A stretch of DNA of 42,896 bases from Chloroflexota bacterium. GTDB lineage: Bacteria; Chloroflexota; Anaerolineae; Promineifilales; Promineifilaceae. The number at the start of each line of letters is the position of its first letter. The stretch's first letter is position 1. The position numbers and the translations under genes were made by a program. Below are positions 36,415-42,896 of this stretch, in pieces. The DNA is taken from the NCBI GenBank assembly GCA_046496595.1, contig JAWOGU010000488.1:1-42896 (forward strand), read 5' to 3'. The notes beneath the pieces were generated by a model that saw only the letters and a list, made by a program, of their open reading frames with translations, did not search any database and was not told the DNA's origin.

Positions 36415-37359
36415 ATGGTATATGTGGAGAATCAAAACATCACCGACCCGCGTCTTAATCTGGGGCTGGAAGAGTATTTGCTGCGCCACGGACCGGTCGA
36501 GGAGCCGATTTTACTCTTTTACGTCAATGAGCCTTCTGTGATTGTGGGGCGCAACCAGAATGTGTGGGAAGAGGTTGACTCGGATTACGTGGCTGCCAAT
36601 GGGGTAAATGTGGTGCGCCGCCTGTCGGGCGGGGGGGCGGTTTACCACGATTGGGGCAATCTCAATTTCAGCTTTATCACCAGCGGCGCACAAAAGCTGC
36701 ACAATTTCCGGCTGTTTCTAGAGCCGGTGATTCGGGTGCTTAACGGCTTGGGTGTACCGGCTGAACTGCACGGCAAGAGCGACATTTACGCCGCCGGCAG
36801 GAAGCTGTCGGGTAACGCGCAATACCTGACCGGACAGCGCCTCGTCAGCCACGGCACCATTTTGTTTGACAGCGATTTGGAAGCGCTGCTGCGCGCCCTG
36901 AATCCGCGCCAGACGCAGATTGAGTCCAGAGCGGTGCAGTCTATCCGGGCGAAGGTGACCAACATTGTGGAGTGGCTGCCGGAGATGGACATGGCAGGCT
37001 TGCGGCAGGCACTGCTGACGGGTATTTTTGCGGGGAAGGCAGTGCAGACCTATGAATTGTCTGACGATGAATGGGCGCGGGTGCAGGAAATGAAGGCGGC
37101 TCGGTATGATACCTGGGCCTGGAATAACGGCCGTTCTCCCCAATTCACCGTCCACAAAGAAGCAGATGGCATCCAGGTTTCCCTGCGAATAGAACGCGGC
37201 TGCATCCAATCCATCACGTTTCCTAATGCGCCTGATCACCCCACCCTCAACCTGCTGCAAACGCAGTTGGCTGGCATCCGGTACCAGCGTCAGGATGTGG
37301 AAAATACGTTACTGGCTCATGGTTCAACATCCCCCAACCTGCTCAAATTCCTATTTTAA
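36415..37359 (+). CDS. lplA: Lipoate-protein ligase A
   Basis: RRLSGGGAVYHDWGNLNFSF and the catalytic lysine region GRKLSGNAQ. Confidence 0.8.
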   Translation: MVYVENQNITDPRLNLGLEEYLLRHGPVEEPILLFYVNEPSVIVGRNQNVWEEVDSDYVAANGVNVVRRLSGGGAVYHDWGNLNFSFITSGAQKLHNFRLFLEPVIRVLNGLGVPAELHGKSDIYAAGRKLSGNAQYLTGQRLVSHGTILFDSDLEALLRALNPRQTQIESRAVQSIRAKVTNIVEWLPEMDMAGLRQALLTGIFAGKAVQTYELSDDEWARVQEMKAARYDTWAWNNGRSPQFTVHKEADGIQVSLRIERGCIQSITFPNAPDHPTLNLLQTQLAGIRYQRQDVENTLLAHGSTSPNLLKFLF

Positions 37360-37362
37360 ATT

Positions 37363-37393
37363 CTCTGCTCCTCCGCGTTCTCCGCGGTGAAAA
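37363..37393. repeat. CTCTGCTCCTCCGCGTTCTCCGCGGTGAAAA element between the convergent lplA and msrB genes
   Basis: Near-identical 3' half (TCTCCGCGGTGAAAA) to the element at 38178-38210. Confidence 0.75.
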
Positions 37394-37786
37394 TTATTTT
37401 TCCTTTCCTTCAAACTTTAACGAAGCAGAATTGACGCAGTAACGCAGACCGGTCGGCTGCGGACCATCGGTGAAGACGTGGCCTAAATGAGCGCCGCACT
37501 CGTCGCAAATAATCTCGGTGCGCACCATAAAATGGCTGCGATCCGTTTCTTCGCGCACGATTTCGTCCTGGAGTGGGGCATAGAAGCTGGGCCAGCCGCA
37601 GCCGGAATCGTATTTTGTCTCAGAGCTAAACAACTCAGCCCCGCAGACCACGCAGGTGTAGACGCCGTTTTCTTTGTGGTCGTAATATTCGCCGGTAAAC
37701 GGCCGTTCCGTGGCCTTCTCCTGAGTGACGTTGTATTGGATAGGAGTGAGGCGTTGGCGTAATTCAGCATCAGATGGTTTGTTCAT
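37394..37786 (-). CDS. msrB: Peptide-methionine (R)-S-oxide reductase
   Basis: SelR domain with two CxxC pairs ([21 protein letters not shown]) and RYCVNS. Start set at the ATG at 37786 ([12 protein letters not shown]) with AGGAGA upstream. The 64-codon N-terminal extension in the ORF track is rejected. Confidence 0.9.
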   Translation of the reverse strand: MNKPSDAELRQRLTPIQYNVTQEKATERPFTGEYYDHKENGVYTCVVCGAELFSSETKYDSGCGWPSFYAPLQDEIVREETDRSHFMVRTEIICDECGAHLGHVFTDGPQPTGLRYCVNSASLKFEGKEK

Positions 37787-37940
37787 GGGTTTTCTCCTTT
37801 TCTGGAATTTTGGGCATTGTACCCTGCTGCGGCGAGGATGGTGGGAACTGTAAGACTTTGTTAAGGGAAACGGCCGTTGATCTGTGGGACGCCATGCAAA
37901 CGGCCGATTCGTTGGACAGCATTCAAGCCTACGCCGCCCA

Positions 37941-37969
37941 TTGACAGCCCGCCCACCCCATGATAGCAT
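37941..37969 (+). promoter_or_regulatory. Sigma-70-like promoter upstream of the alaS leader region
   Basis: TTGACA, a 17-nt spacer, then TGaTAGCAT (perfect -35, TGn-extended -10). The ATG at 37977 is 8 nt past the -10, so the transcript may be leaderless. Confidence 0.4.
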
Positions 37970-37976
37970 TTCTGCC

Positions 37977-38057
37977 ATGACGAATCAGAGCTTGTTTGTT
38001 TACGAAAGCGCCGCCGCTGCCAGCCACTCCCCCGGTTTGGCTGTTTGCGCTGCCTGA
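37977..38057 (+). CDS. Candidate 26-aa Ala-rich leader peptide [26 protein letters not shown]
   Basis: Hand translation. It has four consecutive Ala codons (GCC GCC GCT GCC) and 7 Ala in 26 residues. A canonical terminator begins 31 nt after its stop, and alaS starts 213 nt after its stop. Confidence 0.3.
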   Translation: MTNQSLFVYESAAAASHSPGLAVCAA

Positions 38058-38087
38058 TTCCCCAAATCAATTTTCCGGCGCCATCCA

Positions 38088-38122
38088 CCGCCAGACCGAT
38101 TCGCTCAGTCTGGCGGTTTTTT
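38088..38122 (+). terminator. Canonical intrinsic terminator upstream of alaS
   Basis: Perfect 9-bp stem CCGCCAGAC / GTCTGGCGG, an 11-nt loop, then TTTTTT. No annotated plus-strand gene ends here. Confidence 0.7.
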
Positions 38123-38141
38123 GTTGCCGGGGTACAATTCA

Positions 38142-38258
38142 AAAGATTAAAGAATAAAGATTGCTTCACCATAAACCCTCTGCGTTCTCCGCGCTCTCCG
38201 CGGTGAAAAAAGAACTTTTGCCGAAGACCTAATCTTCAATCTTTAATCTTCAATTATT
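38142..38258. repeat. Nested element: (AAAGATT AAAGAAT AAAGATT), spacer containing CTCTGCGTTCTCCGCGCTCTCCGCGGTGAAAAA (38178-38210), then (AATCTTC AATCTTT AATCTTC AATTATT)
   Basis: Heptamers indexed by hand. The right arm ends directly at the alaS RBS GAGGAGA. Confidence 0.8.
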
Positions 38259-38269
38259 GAGGAGACAAC

Positions 38270-40987
38270 ATGAAACCAACAACCAGCAACGAAATCCGAC
38301 AGGCTTTTCTCGACTTTTTCCAGGAAATGAAGCACGAGGTCGTCGCCAGCGCCCCGCTGCCGCAGAAAGACAACCCGACTTTGCTCTTTACCAACGCCGG
38401 CATGAACCAGTTTGTGGACGTGTTTTTGGGGAAGGAAAAACGGCCGTATAACCGCGCCGCCACCTCCCAAAAATGTATGCGCGTGCAGGGTAAACACAAC
38501 GACCTGGAAAATGTCGGGCCATCGCCGCGCCACCACACCTTCTTTGAAATGCTCGGCAACTTCTCCTTTGGCGATTATTTCAAGGAAGGCGCCATCCGCT
38601 ACGGCTACGATTTCCTGACCAAAGTGTGCCAGATTCCGGCCGATCGGCTCTACTTCACCGTCCATACCAGCGACGACGATGCCTACAACATCTGGTTGAA
38701 CGAAATTGGCGCGCCCCCTGAACGCATTTTACGCATGGGCGACAAGACCAATTTCTGGATGATGGGCGATGTTGGTCCCTGCGGCCCCACCAGCGAAATC
38801 CACTACGACTGGGGGCCGGAACCCTGCACCTGCCGCCAGCCCAACTGCTCCGTGCTGCTGGATAACGACTGCGACCGCTGGCTGGAGGTGTGGAACCTGG
38901 TCTTCATGCAATTTGACCAGGCTGAGGACAGTACGCGCACCCCGCTGCCCAAACCGGGCGTCGATACCGGCATGGGATTGGAACGCCTGACCAGCGTCAT
39001 CCAGGGCACGCAGGCCAACTACGACAACGACCTCTTCCTGGCAGCCATGGATAAAGTGCAGGAAATGCTGGGCGACAGCGATGAAGAGCGCCGCGAAAAA
39101 TACGTAGGCTATCGCGTCATTGGCGACCACGGCCGGGCGGCTACCTTCCTCATTGCCGATGGCGTGCGTCCCGGCGCGGCGGCCGCCAGCTACGTGCTGC
39201 GCATGATCATCCGGCGGGCGGCTCGTTTTGGGCGGCAGATTGGCTTTCAACGGCCGTTTCTAGCAGAAGTCGCGCAGGTGTTCATTGACGAAATGGGCGA
39301 ACACTACCCCGAACTGCGCCAGAACCAGGACCACATCAAACACACCCTCACCCAGGAAGAGCGCCGTTTTGCCCGCACCCTCGATCAGGCCATCGTACAG
39401 CTCCTTGCCATCCTCGAAGATATGGGTCAAAAAGGCGAAACCGAAATCTCCGGCGAAGTGGCCTTCGACCTGTACGCCACCTACGGTCTGCCCCTGGAAA
39501 TCACCCGCGACCTCATCCGCGAGCGCAATATCACCATCGACGAAAAAGGCTATGTCAAAGCGCGCGAACTCCACGCCCTTGCCAGCGGTTCAGGCGCGTT
39601 CAAAGGGTACGAACGTGGCACCAACGCCTACGGCGATTTGCTGCTGGAACTGGTGGAAGCGGGTCAACTGGGAGAAAGCGGCGTGGAATATGATCCCTAC
39701 GCCGGTTCGCGGATGCGGGCGGACGTGGTGGCGCTGCTCAAAGATGGGCAGCCGGCGCCGAAACTAAGCGTGGGCGACAAGGCAGAAATCATCACCGCCG
39801 CCACCCCATTTTACGTGGAAGCGGGCGGCGAGGTCAGCGATACCGGCGTCATCGACTTCCTGGACACCGGGGCGCAGTTCCGCGTGCATACCGTCGCCAA
39901 ACCGGTTCCCGGACTGGTCATCCACTTAGGCGAAGTGGTGCGGGGCGACATTGAAGTGGGGCAGGAAGCGCGGCTGCTGGTGGACGATGCCCGCCGCGCC
40001 GACATTCGGCGGAACCACACCGCCACCCACATTTTGCACCGCGAACTGCGCGCTCACCTGGGTACGCACGTCACTCAGCAGGGATCGCTCGTCGCCCCCG
40101 ACCGCCTGCGTTTCGACTTCTCCCACAATCAGGCGGTGGACAAAACCACGTTGGCAGCCATTGAAGCGGACATCAACCGGGCGATCCTGGCAAATTACCC
40201 CGTCAAAATTCATTACATGGGCCAGAAAGAAGCCATCGACAAAGGCGCCATGGCCCTGTTTGGCGAAAAATACGGCGACATCGTGCGCACCATCACCATT
40301 GGCGGTGAAAGCAGCGGAGCCATTGACTCCGCCTATAGCATGGAACTGTGCGGCGGCCTGCACGTCAGCGAAACCAACGACATCGGCCAGTTCCATTTTG
40401 TGCATGAAGGAGCGGTGGCGGCCGGCGTGCGCCGCATTGAGGCTGTGACCGGGCGCGGCGCGCAGGCGTTGATTGCCGAGCGGCTGGCGGTGCTGGAGCG
40501 TGTGGAACAGCTTCTCAATGCGCCGCTGAACGAGGTGGAAACCCGTCTTACAAACTTGTTGGCGGATCACAAGGCGCTGCAAAAGGAATTCGGCCAGCTT
40601 CAACGGCAGGCGGCGCGCTCCCAATTTGATGCGCTCCTGGCGCAGGTGCAGGAGGTGGCGGGCGTTAAGCTGCTGGCGGCGCAGGTAGACGTTTCCGACG
40701 TGGACACCATGCGCGAGATGGCCGACTGGTTCCGCGACAAGGCAGTCTCCGGTGTGGCGGTGCTGGCGGCGGTGAACGAGGGCAAACCGGTGTTTATCGT
40801 CACGGTGAGTGACGATCTGGTGAAACGCGGCCTGAAAGCGGGCGACATTGTACGCGAGGTTGCTAAGGTGGTGGGCGGCGGCGGCGGCGGCCGGCCAAAC
40901 ATGGCTCAGGCTGGCGGTCGAGACGCGGCGAAGATTCCGGAAGCGCTGGCGTTGGCGCCGGGGCTGGTGGAAGCGGCGTTAAGTTAA
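38270..40987 (+). CDS. alaS: Alanine--tRNA ligase
   Basis: FTNAGMNQF, HHTFFEMLGNFSFGDY, WMMGDVGPCGPTSEIHYD, editing-domain HTATHIL / CGGLHV, and a C-terminal DHHA1-like GGGGGRPNMAQAGG. Confidence 0.95.
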   Translation: MKPTTSNEIRQAFLDFFQEMKHEVVASAPLPQKDNPTLLFTNAGMNQFVDVFLGKEKRPYNRAATSQKCMRVQGKHNDLENVGPSPRHHTFFEMLGNFSFGDYFKEGAIRYGYDFLTKVCQIPADRLYFTVHTSDDDAYNIWLNEIGAPPERILRMGDKTNFWMMGDVGPCGPTSEIHYDWGPEPCTCRQPNCSVLLDNDCDRWLEVWNLVFMQFDQAEDSTRTPLPKPGVDTGMGLERLTSVIQGTQANYDNDLFLAAMDKVQEMLGDSDEERREKYVGYRVIGDHGRAATFLIADGVRPGAAAASYVLRMIIRRAARFGRQIGFQRPFLAEVAQVFIDEMGEHYPELRQNQDHIKHTLTQEERRFARTLDQAIVQLLAILEDMGQKGETEISGEVAFDLYATYGLPLEITRDLIRERNITIDEKGYVKARELHALASGSGAFKGYERGTNAYGDLLLELVEAGQLGESGVEYDPYAGSRMRADVVALLKDGQPAPKLSVGDKAEIITAATPFYVEAGGEVSDTGVIDFLDTGAQFRVHTVAKPVPGLVIHLGEVVRGDIEVGQEARLLVDDARRADIRRNHTATHILHRELRAHLGTHVTQQGSLVAPDRLRFDFSHNQAVDKTTLAAIEADINRAILANYPVKIHYMGQKEAIDKGAMALFGEKYGDIVRTITIGGESSGAIDSAYSMELCGGLHVSETNDIGQFHFVHEGAVAAGVRRIEAVTGRGAQALIAERLAVLERVEQLLNAPLNEVETRLTNLLADHKALQKEFGQLQRQAARSQFDALLAQVQEVAGVKLLAAQVDVSDVDTMREMADWFRDKAVSGVAVLAAVNEGKPVFIVTVSDDLVKRGLKAGDIVREVAKVVGGGGGGRPNMAQAGGRDAAKIPEALALAPGLVEAALS

Positions 40988-41074
40988 AGAATAAAGATTG
41001 AAGATTAAAGATTAAAGATTGGTCTCGAAATTGCGTCCAAATCTTTAATCTTCAATCCGCAATCTTCAATTTTT
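40986..41074. repeat. AAGATTN-family hairpin filling the whole alaS-downstream spacer: five heptamers, a 19-nt spacer, five inverted heptamers
   Basis: AAAGAAT AAAGATT GAAGATT AAAGATT AAAGATT ... AATCTTT AATCTTC AATCCGC AATCTTC AATTTTT. It begins inside the alaS stop codon and ends 1 nt before the next ATG. Confidence 0.85.
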
Positions 41075-41075
41075 C

Positions 41076-42638
41076 ATGAAAGTTATTTCTCTCGATTCTG
41101 ACGACGACATTGTTTCCATCTGCGACCGGCTGGACTGGGCGGGCGAAAAGCAGGTGCTGTTGGTGCTGCCGCCGGATGGGGGCGCGCTGGCGGAGGGATT
41201 GGATCTGGTGCGGCTGCGGCGTCATGCGGATAGGCGGCGGATTGAGGTGGGATTGGTAACGGCCGTTCCCACTCTTACCCGTCAAGCTAAAGCACTTGGT
41301 CTACCCACGTTCTTGACTGTGGAGTCGGCTGAGACGAGCCGGCGGGGCTGGTGGCGCGGGCGGCGGCGCTCTGAAATTGTCGGGCTGCCCACCATCGGCG
41401 GCGTGACGGCGGCCGATTTGCGTCCAGCGTCGATGGATCCAGGGGATATGGAAGAAGCGCAGCGCCGGTCCACGCCGTTGAACAGTCCCAGCTTGTGGAC
41501 CCTGCGTTATCTCTCGATTTTGCTCTTTTTTCTGGCGTTGGCATTGGTTTTTGTGGCTTTCTCCTATCTCGCGCCAGGAGCGACGGTGACGCTGTCGCCC
41601 GAGGTGATACCCATTTCGGTTACCCAGGAAATTCTGGTGGACCCCTTCATTGAAGCGGTGGACTACAGCCGTTTTGCCGTGCCGGGCCGCGTGTTGCAGA
41701 TGGACCAGTCATGGCAGACTGACGTGGAGACCTCCGGCGTGATTGAAGTGCCCAGCGCTTCAGCGCGAGGCAAAGTGGTGTTCGTCAATCGCCTGGAAGA
41801 GGAAGTGACCGTGCCCGCCGGCACACGGGTTTCCACCAGCGAAGGCAGCAATGTGGTCTTCCAAACGCTGACCGCGATGCTTGTGCCAGGTGTGGCAGGC
41901 GGCACAGCCGAAGCTGACGTGATCGCCATCGAACCGGGGCCGCAGGGGAATGTGGCGGCCAATCTTATTAACAAAGTCGAGGGAACCGTAAATATTCAGC
42001 TTGAGGTGCGTAATCTGGAGCCGACGGAAGGGGGTGGGGTGCGCCAGACGTCGGCGGTCACGGAAGCGGATCAGGCGCGGCTGCGCGCCCAGGTGCTGCA
42101 ATTTTTACAGGCGGCGTCGGTGTCGGAGATGGAAGCGCAGTTGACGGCGCGGGAGTTTTTGGCGCGGGATTCGCTGCGCGTAGTCAACGTAGACAGCGAA
42201 ACCTATTCCCATTTTCCGGGCGAGCAGGCAAACCGGCTGGCTTTGGAGATGCGGGCGCAGGTGGCGGGAACGGCCGTTAACACCACCGATGCGTCTGGCA
42301 TAGTTTATGAAGCGTTAGCGGCGCAGGTCCCGGATGGTCATACATTGGTACCGGAGAGCATCAAGTTTGCCAGCGGCGGTGTGGTGGGTGTGGACGAGGC
42401 GGGGCGGGTGACGTTTGAGATGCTCGGCGAGGCGGTGGTCACGCCGGACCTGAATCTGGTTGACGCCCTGGAAGCAATTACCGGGCAGAAACCGGACATT
42501 GCCGTGGCCTATCTCTACCAGGAACTGCCTTTGCGCGAAATCCCTGAAATCCGCGTCTGGCCGAACTGGTTCAACCGCCTGCCGTTTTTAGCGACGCGCA
42601 TTGAGGCAGACGTGCGGGCAGTGGACGGTGGGCAGTGA
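41076..42638 (+). CDS. Membrane-anchored protein of unknown function; the C-terminal part is reminiscent of baseplate J (gp47)-like proteins
   Basis: One TM segment (LRYLSILLFFLALALVFVAFSYL). The extracytoplasmic region carries a pattern I associate from memory with baseplate-J-like annotations (GKVVFVN...VTVPAGTRVST...VFQT...AIEPGPQGNV). Not verifiable here. Confidence 0.45.
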   Translation: MKVISLDSDDDIVSICDRLDWAGEKQVLLVLPPDGGALAEGLDLVRLRRHADRRRIEVGLVTAVPTLTRQAKALGLPTFLTVESAETSRRGWWRGRRRSEIVGLPTIGGVTAADLRPASMDPGDMEEAQRRSTPLNSPSLWTLRYLSILLFFLALALVFVAFSYLAPGATVTLSPEVIPISVTQEILVDPFIEAVDYSRFAVPGRVLQMDQSWQTDVETSGVIEVPSASARGKVVFVNRLEEEVTVPAGTRVSTSEGSNVVFQTLTAMLVPGVAGGTAEADVIAIEPGPQGNVAANLINKVEGTVNIQLEVRNLEPTEGGGVRQTSAVTEADQARLRAQVLQFLQAASVSEMEAQLTAREFLARDSLRVVNVDSETYSHFPGEQANRLALEMRAQVAGTAVNTTDASGIVYEALAAQVPDGHTLVPESIKFASGGVVGVDEAGRVTFEMLGEAVVTPDLNLVDALEAITGQKPDIAVAYLYQELPLREIPEIRVWPNWFNRLPFLATRIEADVRAVDGGQ

Positions 42639-42716
42639 ACAGTGGACAGTGAACGGTGAACGGTGGACAGTGAACGGTGGACCGACTGTAAACTGTAAAC
42701 TGTTCACTGTAAACTG
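42619..42716. repeat. Fourteen consecutive heptamers: nine CAGTGAA/CGGTGGA-type plus five (CCGACTG TAAACTG TAAACTG TTCACTG TAAACTG)
   Basis: Indexed unit by unit. It starts in the last six codons of the upstream gene. TTCACTG is the exact complement of CAGTGAA. It has the same 9+5 unit layout as the 25925-26022 array. Confidence 0.85.
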
Positions 42717-42783
42717 ATCGTAGGGCAATCGGCGGGGCGGAAACGGCCGTTTTGTGGAATAGTAGCCTCAAGTTTAATTTCTA

Positions 42784-42896
42784 ATGGCAACCAACGACGA
42801 ACCATTTTCCCTCAAAGGACGAATTTTGGCGCTCGATTTAGGCGAGAAGCGTATTGGCGTGGCCGTCAGTGACGCCACGCGCACCATTGCCCAGCC
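42784..42896 (+). CDS. ruvX: Holliday-junction resolvase-like YqgF/RuvX, N-terminal fragment (runs off the window)
   Basis: MATNDEPFSLKGRILALDLGEKRIGVAVSDATRTIAQ matches the YqgF N-terminal signature (LDLG.KRIGVAVSD). This is the usual position downstream of alaS. Confidence 0.8.
   Translation, partial: MATNDEPFSLKGRILALDLGEKRIGVAVSDATRTIAQ

Noticed and set aside
37787-37978. 64-codon N-terminal extension of the msrB ORF.
   Set aside because: The internal ATG at 37786 has an AGGAGA RBS and yields a canonical MsrB of about 130 aa. The extension is Arg/Pro-rich, carries a copy of the palindrome, and overlaps the predicted divergent promoter.
37977-38269. T-box riboswitch upstream of alaS.
   Set aside because: I could not find the conserved T-box sequence (GGGUGGNACCGCG-like, with a UGGN bulge) 5' of the terminator, nor a recognisable Stem I/specifier loop. 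The leader is also short, about 145 nt to the terminator.

Overview
About 43 kb of chromosomal DNA from a high-G+C bacterium. The gene content and the alaS / baseplate-J-like / ruvX arrangement suggest Chloroflexota, but this is low confidence because no search was possible. I support 29 protein genes. In window order they are:
- a MacB-type ABC efflux operon (adaptor, double-FtsX permease, ATPase)
- a WYL regulator co-oriented with a CBS-domain DHH/DHHA2 pyrophosphatase
- a DUF308/HdeD membrane protein and a TerB-like protein
- a pair of half-size ABC exporters
- a lipoprotein
- lutABC
- an MsbA-like ABC exporter
- transaldolase
- a 906-aa holin-like/alkaline-phosphatase-like membrane protein
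- a GT39 glycosyltransferase
- a DASS/SLC13 transporter
- two two-component systems
- a GH3 beta-glucosidase, lplA, msrB, alaS and the start of ruvX

I saw no rRNA, tRNA or CRISPR array, and no recognisable defence, toxin or biosynthetic cluster.

The unusual content is in the non-genic sequence architecture:
1. The 10-bp palindrome AACGGCCGTT is hyper-abundant: 39 copies by eye, and 49 copies of the 8-bp core. It occurs in genes in all three frames and in spacers, and resembles cyanobacterial HIP1 with a different sequence.
2. Several families of 7-8-nt tandem arrays and hairpins fill intergenic gaps. Two of them sit in-frame inside the GT39 gene.
3. There are two candidate leader-peptide/terminator attenuators. 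One is an Ala-rich leader upstream of alaS and the other is upstream of the ABC exporter pair.
4. An AT-richer segment of about 5 kb carries no copy of the palindrome and lies beside a decayed transposase fragment.

All coordinates of short elements were derived by hand and may be off by a base or two.
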